The translations under genes and the position numbers were made by a program. Positions 20,034 through 30,664 of a stretch of DNA of 53,402 nucleotides are shown piece by piece; within the stretch, counting starts at the first letter, position 1; every line of letters begins with the position of its first letter. The notes beneath the pieces are model-generated. The model searched no databases and was not told the DNA's origin. It saw only the letters and a list, made by a program, of their open reading frames with translations. The stretch comes from Okeania sp. SIO2G4 (GTDB lineage Bacteria > Cyanobacteriota > Cyanobacteriia > Cyanobacteriales > Microcoleaceae). The stretch lies in NCBI RefSeq assembly GCF_010672295.1, contig NZ_JAAHGW010000045.1, forward strand, positions 1 through 53,402, in the 5' to 3' direction.

Positions 20034-21521
20034 CTACGAAGCACTTCCAATTACAATATCGCGCACCCGCACAGGTACACAACTATGAGTCATTTGAGCT
20101 AGCTGCATCGGTTCCCCTTTCCCACAAATATTAGTACCGCACTGCTCCCATTCTGCAGCACTTCCCACCGCATCAACACTATTCCAAAAATCTGTAGTCA
20201 TCGAATGATAAGTCACATCTTTCAACATTCCCACAACTTTGCCTTTTTTCACCTGCCAAAAAGCATCTCCACCAAATTGAAAATTCCGTCGCTGTTGGTC
20301 AATAGAAAAACTACCAACACCATCAATTAAAATCCCATCTTCAGTATCCGCAATCATTTCGTCTAAAGTAGCAGTATGACTACCACCATCTGCACCCGCT
20401 TCTAACCCCAAATTCGGAATGCGCACCATCGGTACACTCGACCAACTGTCAGCAAAAGCACAACCATTACTACTACCACGTCCAAGTCGATAAGCTGTTT
20501 CTCGGTCTGTGAGATAATCAACCAATACCCCATCCTTAACAACATACCATTCTTGTGACTTCACACCCTCATCATCATATCCCATGGTGCTACGACCCCC
20601 TGGTTGAGTGCGATCGCATTTAAAATTCACCCAGGGAGCAGCATATTGAAGTTTACCCATTTTATCGGTAGTGGCAAAACTGGTACCAGCAAAATTAGAT
20701 TCATAACCATAAACCCTATCTAATTCGGTGGGGTGTCCAACAGATTCGTGGATGGTTAAAAATAGATTCGTTGGCTTTAAAATTAGAGTGGAGCGAATAT
20801 CCGCAGGTCCTTTGGGAGCATAAACTTTTTCAATTGCTTCTTCAGCAACCCGTTCTACTTGACTCAATAGATCGGTGGGGTTAATATGCTCATAACCAAT
20901 ATTCAAAGGAGGTCGTTCGTAACTGCGACTTTGAGCATCATTATTGGCAATAGCTGTACAAGTAAACCCAGGATAACTGCGGTAAATTGTTTGCTCAATT
21001 AAGGAATCATTAGTAGAAGCAAATATTTTCTCTTCTTTAGTAAAGCGGAGAAAAGAAGCAGCTTTTTTCACTCCTCGCTCCTCATAACTCAATAATTTCT
21101 CATTCAAATTTAGAAGTAATTCTGCCTTTTCGCCAATAGGTACTGCAAAAGGATCAATTTCAATCGGAGTAACATAACTATCGCGGTAGCTTTCCACAGG
21201 TACTAACTTTACTGGTGTCTGTTGACAGAGACGACTACCCTTAGCAATATCTACTGCTAGAGCAACAACTCTAGCTACCTCTTCTACACTTTGGCGATGA
21301 CTGGCAGCAAAACCCCATGCACCATTGAGCAAAACTCTCACCCCAAAACCAGAATTGACCTTATCTTCTAATCTGTTGAGAGAGCGATCGCGAGCTGTTA
21401 AATTTTGGGAGCGATAAATACATAAACGAATATCTCCATATTCACATCCGGACTGACGAATTAAGTCTATTGCGAAGGTAGCTAATTCTGTAGTTTGAAT
21501 CTTTGCTGGTGCTTGTACCAT
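20034..21521 (-). CDS. tldD: TldD/PmbA-family metalloprotease (peptidase U62)
   Basis: 495 aa with conserved TldD blocks (GFGVRVLLNGAWGFAAS; HESVGHPTELDRV; GYDDEGV...DG). Confidence 0.85.
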   Translation of the reverse strand: MVQAPAKIQTTELATFAIDLIRQSGCEYGDIRLCIYRSQNLTARDRSLNRLEDKVNSGFGVRVLLNGAWGFAASHRQSVEEVARVVALAVDIAKGSRLCQQTPVKLVPVESYRDSYVTPIEIDPFAVPIGEKAELLLNLNEKLLSYEERGVKKAASFLRFTKEEKIFASTNDSLIEQTIYRSYPGFTCTAIANNDAQSRSYERPPLNIGYEHINPTDLLSQVERVAEEAIEKVYAPKGPADIRSTLILKPTNLFLTIHESVGHPTELDRVYGYESNFAGTSFATTDKMGKLQYAAPWVNFKCDRTQPGGRSTMGYDDEGVKSQEWYVVKDGVLVDYLTDRETAYRLGRGSSNGCAFADSWSSVPMVRIPNLGLEAGADGGSHTATLDEMIADTEDGILIDGVGSFSIDQQRRNFQFGGDAFWQVKKGKVVGMLKDVTYHSMTTDFWNSVDAVGSAAEWEQCGTNICGKGEPMQLAQMTHSCVPVRVRDIVIGSAS

Positions 21522-21904
21522 TCTATGTTAATCTGAATTTTATCTAATTTATTTTATATAATGCACCATTTTTGTCCAAAATTTTAGTTTGTAGTTGGGC
21601 TTTAGCCCAAGCAATACTTATTACCATTTCTCACGCAAGAATGCTATATCTGATTGGGTGAGAAAGTATGGGAGGTGTAGGGAGAGGAAAAGAAAGAAAA
21701 ATCTATACTAACCAACTAAATAATTGTCAAAAACAAACTTTTAATCTTGGTAACTATTTAACTGTTGAAGTGTAGCATTAATGCATGGTAATTGGTATCA
21801 TATGAGGGCTAAAGCCCAACTACGAGCGTGATTATAACTTTTCTACCGAACATCATATTCATCAAAAATGGTTGTAGATTTGAGAGAATCCTGAGGAATT
21901 AGCT

Positions 21905-23377
21905 ATGCCCAATCAATATTCATCTCCAAAAAATCTGTTAAAATCAAAGTTTTTATTAAAATTTATTGGATTAGTAGGAACACTGGTAATTAATTGGAGT
22001 TTTACTCGGCCAGTTTTTGCCGCCTTCTTAACAAACTGGTTTTTTGACCCAGACAATAATCAACTTCAGTTTACTCTCCCATCAGGTACCGCTCCTAGTT
22101 TTTCTTTGGAAAATCAACCAGCTCGTCTAATTGTATACATTCCTAATACTGAGGTTAGTGTAGATGTGACTGAGTTATATCCGGCAGGTTTGGTGCGCCG
22201 AGTTAGTCTTTCTCAAGAGCAACCAGAACAAGCAAAAGTTATTATAGATTTTGCTCCTGAAGTGGTTATTTCTACCAAACAAGTACAATTAGAACAGGTA
22301 GAACCACAGGAAAATAGTTGGCAGTTAAGTTTGCTTGTGACTGAGGGGGAATTTTCGGGGACACCAGAAGCAATAATTTCAGATCGACAGCCAACTGAGC
22401 CAGAAATTACTGAAGTTGAAAATTATCAAACTACCAACCAACAGCTAACTGAGCCAGAAACTACTGAATTAGAAAATTCTCAAATTACCGAAGAAGAAGA
22501 AAATAATCAAACTTCTACTCAACCAAAGCAAGATAGTGTCGGTTTGTTAGACACTGCTCCTGAAGAGGAATCTCCTTTACCGAACCCAGGCCCTTCTGCG
22601 GAGCCTTCCGTACCATTTCTGGTTATTCCCACTGACAGGCCAGGTAGATTTAGATCTCCAATAGTAGATGCTTTTGATAATGAAAAGCCGGAAACCGAAA
22701 ATTCTCAGGTTGTAGAAACACCCACACTTCAGACTAGAGAGGAAGAAGAGACCGCTATTTCACTTCCTCCAGAGTACAGAGAAAAACCGAAATACAATAC
22801 AACAGAATCAGTAGGTGTAATTACTTTTGGAGAACCTTTGCCTGGTTCATCGGGGCAAAAACAATCTGAAGATGATTTTGCCGTATTAATTGAGGAAGGA
22901 GAAGTTATAAGTTTAATTTATCCCTCTCAAGAAGTTACATTACCACGAGATATTGAAATACAGGAAGTTTTGCTGCTCAAAGAGGCGATCGTTGACGAAT
23001 CTGGTAGAGTTATAGTACCAGCTAGAACACCTGTAGTTGGTGGTTTTGATACTACCACTCATGGAAGTAAATTTATTGCCAGGGCTATATATTTAGATGA
23101 GCGCTTAATTCCTTTTTCTGCTGAATCAGAATTACTTCGAGGCCATCGTAATATAAATGAAAAAGTTTTGGCTGCCAGTAGCGCTGGTGGGGGGTTAGGA
23201 TTATTACTACTGACGGGTTCAGGTTTTGGTTTTCTGGCAGGAGCTGCTCTTGGTGCTGGTAGTGTTGTTCTTACTTCTCCTCGTTCTGTGACCCTAGAAG
23301 GCAATAATATCATAGAAGTTCGTGTAGTTGAGGATTTACCTAGTGCTAGGTTTTACGAAGATATTAGCAATTTTTAG
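21905..23377 (+). CDS. AMIN-domain protein with an acidic Pro/Glu/Thr-rich linker and a Gly-zipper C-terminal domain
   Basis: The N-terminal TM segment is followed by an AMIN-like domain (NWFFDPDNNQLQFTLPSGTAPSFSLENQPARLIVYIPNTE). After a ~200-aa low-complexity E/P/T-rich region comes a conserved C-terminus with TGSGFGFLAGAALGAGS. Confidence 0.6.
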   Translation: MPNQYSSPKNLLKSKFLLKFIGLVGTLVINWSFTRPVFAAFLTNWFFDPDNNQLQFTLPSGTAPSFSLENQPARLIVYIPNTEVSVDVTELYPAGLVRRVSLSQEQPEQAKVIIDFAPEVVISTKQVQLEQVEPQENSWQLSLLVTEGEFSGTPEAIISDRQPTEPEITEVENYQTTNQQLTEPETTELENSQITEEEENNQTSTQPKQDSVGLLDTAPEEESPLPNPGPSAEPSVPFLVIPTDRPGRFRSPIVDAFDNEKPETENSQVVETPTLQTREEEETAISLPPEYREKPKYNTTESVGVITFGEPLPGSSGQKQSEDDFAVLIEEGEVISLIYPSQEVTLPRDIEIQEVLLLKEAIVDESGRVIVPARTPVVGGFDTTTHGSKFIARAIYLDERLIPFSAESELLRGHRNINEKVLAASSAGGGLGLLLLTGSGFGFLAGAALGAGSVVLTSPRSVTLEGNNIIEVRVVEDLPSARFYEDISNF

Positions 23378-23424
23378 AGGTAGAGATATTTTCTACTCCC
23401 TACTCCCTGGTATAGTTAAATCAA

Positions 23425-23934
23425 CTAGAAGTTATTTTCAGGTGCATTCCCCCCAGGTCCTAACTGACCGGGCAAGAAAAGGTTTTGAGCACTATCGTTT
23501 TGATAGATACAATTAATCTCTGGATCGTCATTAATATTTCCTGTATAACCAAAGGTATTCATCCGATTTTTACAATCACGTACTTGCTCATTGTTGACTA
23601 AGTTTCTTTTCTCTAGAATTGACCAGTTATTTCTGCGGATGACACATCCTGGTTTTATATTTGGTTGAGATACATATACATTAAAAGGATTGAGAGTCAA
23701 GAAAACTCTCATATTCATTACCATAGCACTAGCTCCAAACTGTACACAAAGTTCTGGATTTGGTACACTGCGGTCGATAAATTCACGAGAGGCCACATTT
23801 TGGGGAGTAAAGTTAGCGGTAGAGCTAAAGGCAATGCCAATGCCAATACCTAAAACAAATACTCCTCCTAAAATTGCTATAGTGGCATAGTTGAATCTAG
23901 ATGGTTGGGTGGTAGTTTGAGGTCTACGTTTCAT
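23425..23934 (-). CDS. conserved cyanobacterial membrane-anchored protein (DUF3172-like)
   Basis: 169 aa with an N-terminal TM helix. The conserved block QFGASAMVMNMRVFLTLNPFNVYVSQPNIKPGCVIRRNNW...CKNRMNTFGYTGN is found in cyanobacteria and plastid lineages. Family assignment is from memory. Confidence 0.55.
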   Translation of the reverse strand: MKRRPQTTTQPSRFNYATIAILGGVFVLGIGIGIAFSSTANFTPQNVASREFIDRSVPNPELCVQFGASAMVMNMRVFLTLNPFNVYVSQPNIKPGCVIRRNNWSILEKRNLVNNEQVRDCKNRMNTFGYTGNINDDPEINCIYQNDSAQNLFLPGQLGPGGNAPENNF

Positions 23935-24446
23935 ATAAATAAAAGTTAAGTTATGGAGCTTAGGCTATAAACTAATAGTGGACGAGCTAAATTTAGATTT
24001 TTACTTTCCTAGTTTGACAAGCAAGTATGTATAATTTTACCAGGTAGATTATTTGTCCTTAAGTAAGCATAAATAACCATCAGTAAATTACCTAATTTGG
24101 AAATTTTTTGATTAATACTATCATAATTCTCAAATTAGAACGATTAAGTCAAAATTTAAAAGTCAAAAGTCAGATAACCCCCTAGTTGAGCAATGTTAAG
24201 TTTTATGTTATAATATTTCCAATATATGCTCATAATTTTTGAGTGTAGGCCAAAATATATATCAAATAATATTTAGCTATATGTTTGTTTTCGGGTAAGT
24301 TCTAATGAGTTAGCATTCCTGAAAGGTAAAATATTTGGCAAATATTATTGAACAGAGTTAAGTATTTCTACTTTATGTCTAGCCTAAGCATTGGTCTAGA
24401 CTAATGTGTCTATGTCGTATTAGAATTTTTTAATCAGGATAGAGTA

Positions 24447-24734
24447 GTGTCTGTCGAGACTATAGAAAAGCGTTCCACTTCCACAGTCCGTAAACCTGCA
24501 CCACGTTATCGTGTTTTACTCCATAACGATGATTTTAATAGTATGGAGTATGTAGTGCAAGCATTGATGAAGACAGTGCCGAGTCTAACTCAACCCCAAG
24601 CTGTCGATATTATGATGGAAGCTCACAGTAATGGTATTGCATTGGTGATTACCTGCGCTTTAGAACACGCTGAGTTTTATTGCGAAAATTTAAAAAATCA
24701 GGGACTAACTAGCACTATAGAACCTGATGAGTGA
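24447..24734 (+). CDS. clpS: ATP-dependent Clp protease adaptor ClpS
   Basis: 95 aa with the ClpS core YRVLLHNDDFNSMEYVVQALMK...QAVDIMMEAHSNGIALV. Likely GTG start. Confidence 0.85.
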   Translation: MSVETIEKRSTSTVRKPAPRYRVLLHNDDFNSMEYVVQALMKTVPSLTQPQAVDIMMEAHSNGIALVITCALEHAEFYCENLKNQGLTSTIEPDE

Positions 24735-24795
24735 TTTAATTGTAATATAGAAGCCGAGTTTCTACCTTGAGAAGCTCGGTTTCTCATTTGTATAG

Positions 24796-25833
24796 GTGTT
24801 GGTAGTGCCTAATTTATCATTTGGCAAAATTGCAAAGTTTTCGGTTCCTATCAGAATAGGAATTTTTATTTTAACATTATTTCTGGGTTGGATACCACTA
24901 GCAGCACCAATATATTTTTTTGGGCGAGATGCAAATTTAGCGAGTATATTGGCGATCGCTCTATTATATATAGAGTTTATTATTTTAGTCCAGTTTTGGG
25001 GAAAGAAAGTTTATCAACAACCACACCTACTACGTCACTACGGTTTAGAAATAAGTAGGGTCAACTTTCAGAATTTTTTTCAAGGTTTAGGAATAGGTTT
25101 AGTTAGTCTGTTTGGTTTTTTTATTTTAGAAGCGCTTCTGGGATGGGTAATATGGCAGTCACCTTCAGCAAAGTTACCTCAATTTATTCTGGAAGGTTTA
25201 TTGGTATCTGTGGGTATTGGTTTTGCTGAGGAGTTACTATTTCGAGGGTGGTTATTGGATGAGTTGGAGCGAGACTACAAACCAAAAGTAGCTTTGTGGG
25301 TAAGTAGTATTGTGTATGCCTTACTACACTTTATTAAACCAGTTGAGGAAATTTTGCGGATTTGGTTTCAGTTTCCTGGTTTGGTGTTGTTAGGTTTAAT
25401 CTTTGTTTGGGCAAAACGTGGATCAGTTGAAGAAGGAAGAAGGAAGAAGGAAGAAGGAAGAAGGCATCCCCCCTTGCCCCCCTTTGAAAGGAAGAAGGAA
25501 GAAGGCATCCCCCCTTGCCCCCCTTTGAAAGGAAGAAGGAAGAAGTGGATGGTGACTCAAAACCCAACTAATTATCAACACCGTGTAGATAGCGGGGTAT
25601 TAAACCCAAAAGAAAAAGATAAATTGACTTATTATCAACAACAATTATTGGGTTTGCCTATTGGTATTCATGCTGGTTTTGTTTGGGGTTATTACATTAT
25701 TAATGTGGGTGGTTTAGTTAAGTATTCTAGTGTAGTTGGAGAGTGGATAGTTGGGATAAATGGTAATCCTTTAGCAGGTGTAATGGGGTGGTTTTTTTTA
25801 GGAGCGATCGCTTTGTTTATTCAGCGAAAGTGA
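24796..25833 (+). CDS. CPBP-family intramembrane metalloprotease (CAAX protease-like) carrying an in-frame repeat insertion
   Basis: CPBP motifs EELLFRGWLL, YALLHF and HAGFVWGYY are present. Between motifs 2 and 3 lies a 41-bp unit duplicated in tandem (GAAGAAGGAAGAAGGCATCCCCCCTTGCCCCCCTTTGAAAG x2) after a GAAGGAA tract. It is translated as EEGRRKKEEGRRHPPLPPFERKKEEGIPPCPPLKGRRKK. Confidence 0.7.
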   Translation: MLVVPNLSFGKIAKFSVPIRIGIFILTLFLGWIPLAAPIYFFGRDANLASILAIALLYIEFIILVQFWGKKVYQQPHLLRHYGLEISRVNFQNFFQGLGIGLVSLFGFFILEALLGWVIWQSPSAKLPQFILEGLLVSVGIGFAEELLFRGWLLDELERDYKPKVALWVSSIVYALLHFIKPVEEILRIWFQFPGLVLLGLIFVWAKRGSVEEGRRKKEEGRRHPPLPPFERKKEEGIPPCPPLKGRRKKWMVTQNPTNYQHRVDSGVLNPKEKDKLTYYQQQLLGLPIGIHAGFVWGYYIINVGGLVKYSSVVGEWIVGINGNPLAGVMGWFFLGAIALFIQRK

Positions 25834-26062
25834 ATTGGTATAACCTAGAGGTAGTTATAGTCATTTAACTTTAGATTGAGACAAAGCTTTCTTGCTATGA
25901 GGGAGTTTCAGACGAAAAAACGTCTCATTTTTAAGTTAAACTACTATATATCATGTCTGGATAATAGCGTTCTGATTCAATATCAAATTGCTAATAGCTA
26001 TAATGCTTATAGAACAAGTTTTTTGGGGAATTTATAATTTATAAAGCGACAAGTCTAATATT

Positions 26063-27442
26063 TTATACAGTTGCAACAGAGGGAGGTTTTGTTTGTGACA
26101 GTATGCGTTTAGCTTTCATCAGCATTTTTACTCCTCCCTTGGGTCCTAAAGTTACTCCTCGACGTTGGGGTTTTACAGGTTGATTTTCTGCTAATTCCAT
26201 CTCGAAATTAGATAATAGAGTTGCCAATACCAAGCGCATCTCAAAATCTGCTAGTGCCATTCCCAAACAGCGACGACTGCCACCTCCAAATGGCAAATAT
26301 TCATAGGGAGAAAACTTCTTCTCCAAAAATCGCTCTGGCTTAAACTTTTTCGGTTCTGGGTACAAATCTTCTCGTTGGTGAGTCAAATAAATAGAACCAC
26401 GAATTGTTGTATCTGCTTCCAAGTGATAACCCTGCAACTCAACAGGTTGTTTTGTCCGACGAGGAAATGTCATAACTACTACTGGATATATTCGTAAGGT
26501 TTCCTGACAAACTGCTGTGAGATAGGGTAAACGGAATATTGTCATGGGTTCAGCATCTATTTCCAGAGTTGTCAACTCTTCGATCAACTTTTGATACACT
26601 TGTGGTTGTTTATGAACCCAATAAACTGCCCAAGCTAGAGCTGTTGCAGTGGTTTCGTGACCAGCCAATAACAATGTCATCAACTCATCCCGAATTTCTT
26701 GGTCTGTCATACCTTGACCTTCTTCATCTTGTGCTAATAGCATTAAGGTCAAGATATCAGTACGATTTGGATCTAGTTGAGAGCGGCGAGTGGCAATTTC
26801 TGTATATAGGAGTTCATTAAGTTTTTGTTGTTGACGCTGATACTTACCCCAAGGACTCCAAGGGCCTAAATCCTTTTGCAACCAGGGAAAAAATAATAAA
26901 CTAGCTCGGAGTGGAGAAGCTGTGAGTTCAAGAAAATCTGTCAACATTGACCTAATTTGTGATAAGCGGGGGCTATCATATAGACCAAAAACAGTTTGGA
27001 GTATCACCTGCATCGTAATTTCTTGCATCAGTTTACGGGCAATAAATGTTTTACTCACTGTTAAGTTGCTGGCTACTTCTTTGGTGATGTTACAGATTAA
27101 ATCACCATAGTTCCGCATTCTGTTGCCATGAAAGGGAGGCATTAATAATTTGCGTTCTCGACGGTGGCGATCACCTTCTAAGCAAGAAATTGAGTATTCC
27201 CCAAACACTGATTGTAAAAGTTTATTAGCAGGAACTTCATACTCATTATTATCCTTTGTCAATACCTCCTGCAAAGCTTGCGGACTGCTGAGGATCACAG
27301 CTTTCTCAGCAGGAGCAGGAGTTATCATGGTAAAAATATCTCCATACTTCTTGGCATAAAATTCAAGAGTATTGAGTGGAGCGAGAACCAATTGCAGTCT
27401 CTGAAAAAGCGGTGGTGTTTTTGGTCCTTTGATTAATTTCAT
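26063..27442 (-). CDS. cytochrome P450
   Basis: Heme-binding loop FGGGSRRCLGMALADFEMRL, an ExxR motif (ETLRIYP) and the I-helix AGHETTA. I place the start at the ATG at 27442 (MKLIKGPKTPPLFQ). The longest ORF reaches 27541. Confidence 0.85.
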   Translation of the reverse strand: MKLIKGPKTPPLFQRLQLVLAPLNTLEFYAKKYGDIFTMITPAPAEKAVILSSPQALQEVLTKDNNEYEVPANKLLQSVFGEYSISCLEGDRHRRERKLLMPPFHGNRMRNYGDLICNITKEVASNLTVSKTFIARKLMQEITMQVILQTVFGLYDSPRLSQIRSMLTDFLELTASPLRASLLFFPWLQKDLGPWSPWGKYQRQQQKLNELLYTEIATRRSQLDPNRTDILTLMLLAQDEEGQGMTDQEIRDELMTLLLAGHETTATALAWAVYWVHKQPQVYQKLIEELTTLEIDAEPMTIFRLPYLTAVCQETLRIYPVVVMTFPRRTKQPVELQGYHLEADTTIRGSIYLTHQREDLYPEPKKFKPERFLEKKFSPYEYLPFGGGSRRCLGMALADFEMRLVLATLLSNFEMELAENQPVKPQRRGVTLGPKGGVKMLMKAKRILSQTKPPSVATV

Positions 27443-27737
27443 ATTAGTTACTTGTGAATTTTTGTACTGTTTAATATTATAACTTAACAAGAGCATTTTA
27501 TCGGTTTTTTGTCTCAAATTCAATGCCCTAGTGTTAGACAAATTTTTATGTTGGCGACTGCCGTTTGCGTAGCATTCTGTAGGAAAATAATTAATAATTA
27601 ATTATTACTTATCTTTGGCCAAGTTCTTTACATTGAAAAAGTTTGATCGACCAAGAGAAGAAAAAATTTTCATTATTAGTCAATCCTCTTCTTTTCAAGT
27701 AGAGGTAATTATTAATTATTAATTATTAATAATTATA

Positions 27738-27895
27738 TCATGTCCGGTAGCATCGGTATTGTATAGCAAGGGTAGGGAACACTTAACTGGGAACAGGGAA
27801 CAGTCAGGAATACTTAAGAGCAAGAAAAAAACTTAAATTTCCTGTAGATATTCACCTTTGGGTTTACACAAACGCGCCCCAGTGGACATGATATT
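27738..27895. mobile_element. MITE-like element, second copy (same TIR family)
   Basis: ATATCATGTCCGGTAGCATCGGTATTGTATAGC ... GGGTTTACACAAACGCGCCCCAGTGGACATGATAT. The internal sequence differs from the copy at 19681 and includes a GGGAACA STRR. Confidence 0.7.
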
Positions 27896-27960
27896 AATTG
27901 TTGAATCCTATCTCCTCGCTCATTCCCATTTCTCCCCTCCTGGGAGGGGTTAGGGGTGGG

Positions 27961-28050
27961 TTGTCTCCTGTCTCCTTTCTTCCCCTCCTGTCTCCTTTCT
28001 TCCCCTCCTGTCTCCTTTCTTCCCCTCCTGTCTCCTTTCTTCCCCTCCTG
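27961..28050. repeat. 20-nt tandem repeat (CCTCCTGTCTCCTTTCTTCC x ~3.7) flanked by inverted CCCACCCCTAACCCCTCCCAGGAGG short-dispersed-repeat copies
   Basis: Direct reading. The flanking SDR also occurs at 8700..8770, 29536..29605 and 51945..51990. Confidence 0.85.
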
Positions 28051-28403
28051 GGAGGGGTTAGGGGTGGGTTGTCTCCTACCCCTACTAAAAGACTTTTGAG
28101 CGCAAACCCTAATTATTGCTCTGCTGATTAAATCTCAAAGCATTGATATATAAAGATATTAGCCTTTTTTAGCTGGAAATACCTGGTTTTGATCCCTTCA
28201 CGCTCATGCATGAAGCGCATTTTGGGGTGACTATGGCAGAAAAATCACTCTTGCTATAATGAACAACCACCTTATCTATAACTCCCTCGTTCCTCCTGAC
28301 TCTTAACTACTCCCTACTCCCTACTCCCTACCTCAACAAAAAGACTTTCCATAAGCAAACCCTAATTAGTATTAGAAGGTAGAGAGTTGAAGCGTCATAA
28401 AAT

Positions 28404-29348
28404 TCAAATATCTTGTCTATTTCTGGCATCTAAAAATTTTAATTGTTGATACAACATCCCAATTTTATCTAGCTGAATACCTGCTGCACCTGTCATTCGT
28501 AAAGGGTTGCCAATAATACTTTCTATTTCTAAAGGTTGTCGTCGCTCATAATCAATTTTCATGCTAGTTAAATAAGGGTTTAACTTGTCAGTATGGTCTA
28601 ACATATTTTGAATATAACTATTTGGAATTTCGCACTTACAACTTTTTGCACCTTCCAATACTTCTTGCATTATTTCTGTGATTAAGTTTCTAGTATTAGT
28701 ATCTCCCATCATTTCATCAGTTCGAGCATCTAGAATTACTGACAAGCTGTTATAAGGAATATTCCAAACTAATTTTTTCCATCTTTCTTGGAATAAATCT
28801 TCACTCAAATTAACTTGTATTCCAGCACTTTCAAAATCCTGGGAAATTTCACGCATTTTATTTGTAATACCAGCAGATTGATAATTTGTGGCATATTTTC
28901 CGATTCTAATCAAACCATAATCTACATGACGAATATGACCGTAACCTATTTTATTAGAAGCAAGATTACATACTCCTCCAATTACTCTTTCTTTACCAAC
29001 AGCTTTAGCTATTTCAGGTTCTGCACCCAATCCATTTTGTAAGAGTAAGACAACGTTATTTTCTTTGCATAAAGGTGAGAGTAATTCTGGTAATAAATGG
29101 TTTTGTGTTGTTTTTAATGCGACGATAATTACATCACATTTTGGTATTTTATTAGTATTGTTATAGGCATTAATTTGAGGGAGGTTAAAGTCGCCATCTT
29201 TGGATTCTATGATTAAGCCATTTTTGAGAACGTGCTGATAATCACTACGCAGTAAAAAATGAACTTCTAATCCTGATTTTTGTAGTTTTGCACCGTAAAA
29301 ACCTCCTAGTGCGCCACTGCCAATAATAGCGTAAGTATTTTTTGACAT
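28404..29348 (-). CDS. panE: 2-dehydropantoate 2-reductase (ketopantoate reductase)
   Basis: N-terminal Rossmann fold IIGSGALGGFYGAKL, the ApbA/PanE family middle region (KTTQN...LLQNG) and the C-terminal ApbA_C domain. Confidence 0.85.
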   Translation of the reverse strand: MSKNTYAIIGSGALGGFYGAKLQKSGLEVHFLLRSDYQHVLKNGLIIESKDGDFNLPQINAYNNTNKIPKCDVIIVALKTTQNHLLPELLSPLCKENNVVLLLQNGLGAEPEIAKAVGKERVIGGVCNLASNKIGYGHIRHVDYGLIRIGKYATNYQSAGITNKMREISQDFESAGIQVNLSEDLFQERWKKLVWNIPYNSLSVILDARTDEMMGDTNTRNLITEIMQEVLEGAKSCKCEIPNSYIQNMLDHTDKLNPYLTSMKIDYERRQPLEIESIIGNPLRMTGAAGIQLDKIGMLYQQLKFLDARNRQDI

Positions 29349-30664
29349 TTTATTGTTCTTAAATTAGACTCTGTTTCTATTTTATTGAATCAGGTAGAAT
29401 AAAGCTGTTTAAATCAATTTTTAACTGGTAAAAATATTGTGTTATTATCAAGTCGATGAAAGTCTCCTTCAATATTATGGATAATACTTTTCAAGCTCTA
29501 GAATGCGATACTGATATTTTGATAAAACGATGGAGGAGTCAGGAGTCAACCCACCCCTCGCCCCTCCCCCTCCCAGGAGGGGAAGTCAGGAGTTAGGAGG
29601 AAAAAAGAAGGAAGTTTTTTATCAGTAATTAAGCGGACATGATATAAGTCAATTGCCTCTTGGTTTTTTCAAGAAAAGCTAGAAATTATTGAAAATGAAG
29701 TAAGAATTATCTTCGGAGATATAAAGTTAATTTTCCCAATAGAAGGTATTGAGTGTAAGATATTAAAACTTGGCTCTAAAACTTGGAAACCTGGTAAGCT
29801 GAGAATTCAAGTAATACTCAAAAATGCTAGTATTCAAACTATGGAATTTTAATTTTGTTATGACGAACCACCACAACAAGAATCACCATTAGACGATATT
29901 CGACAAAGAGAAGATTATCAACAACTTTTAAATAATCAATAAACTTATTACTGGCAAACTGGAAAACTAAAAAAATGAAAACTAAAAAAATATTCAGTGT
30001 GACACTACTAATTATACTGTAAGTATTATTTTGAGACTATAAGTATTATTTTAAATTTATTTATACAGCAGATTTCACCTAAGTTAAGTACACCAGTAGC
30101 GGAAAAAATACCCGCACCACAAAAGTTTTATTTAAACTCTATTATTAAGGGCGAAGTCTTAATTTTTTTTACTTCATATACTTGCATTTTGCTGTATTAA
30201 ACTCAACTCTATCATTATTTTATCTGTTCAAATTTTTCAACTTTAATTTTGCTACATGAATAGTCTTTCCATTATCCAGTTTAAAATTTTTCCTAAAGCA
30301 AATCCTCCTGCCAATGCTAAGAAAATATAATACAGTAGATTCCACTTTAATCAGATACACCCGTCGCTGGCAAGATGCCCGCACTAGAAACATTTAATTG
30401 TTAATCTCTGTACTTCTTATGGGAGGAATCTGCTGTAATTTATATTTATAACTCCAGCTTAAGTTTCTAGAATGTTCTAAATAAAGAAAGATAGAAAAAA
30501 ATAGCAGGCAAAAACAGTACTAAAACTAAAGTTATAGTGTTTATAAAAGTTATAGCAGTCGAAGGAAAGGTTAGGAGAAATAAAAAACTTAAAACTCAGA
30601 CAAAGGAATATTTTTCCTTCTTCCCTCTTCCTTCTGCTATATACCAATTCCTAAAAATAATGCT

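Noticed and set aside
23059-23313. 84-aa minus-strand ORF
   Set aside because: It is antisense to the Gly-rich C-terminal region of the AMIN-domain protein.
25334-25567. 77-aa minus-strand ORF
   Set aside because: It is antisense to the repeat insertion inside the CPBP gene.
26539-27359. Plus-strand ORFs within 26063..27541
   Set aside because: They are antisense to the cytochrome P450 gene, which has a clear heme-binding motif.
27898-28131. 77-aa ORF
   Set aside because: It is translated through the 20-nt tandem repeat and gives a repetitive low-complexity peptide.
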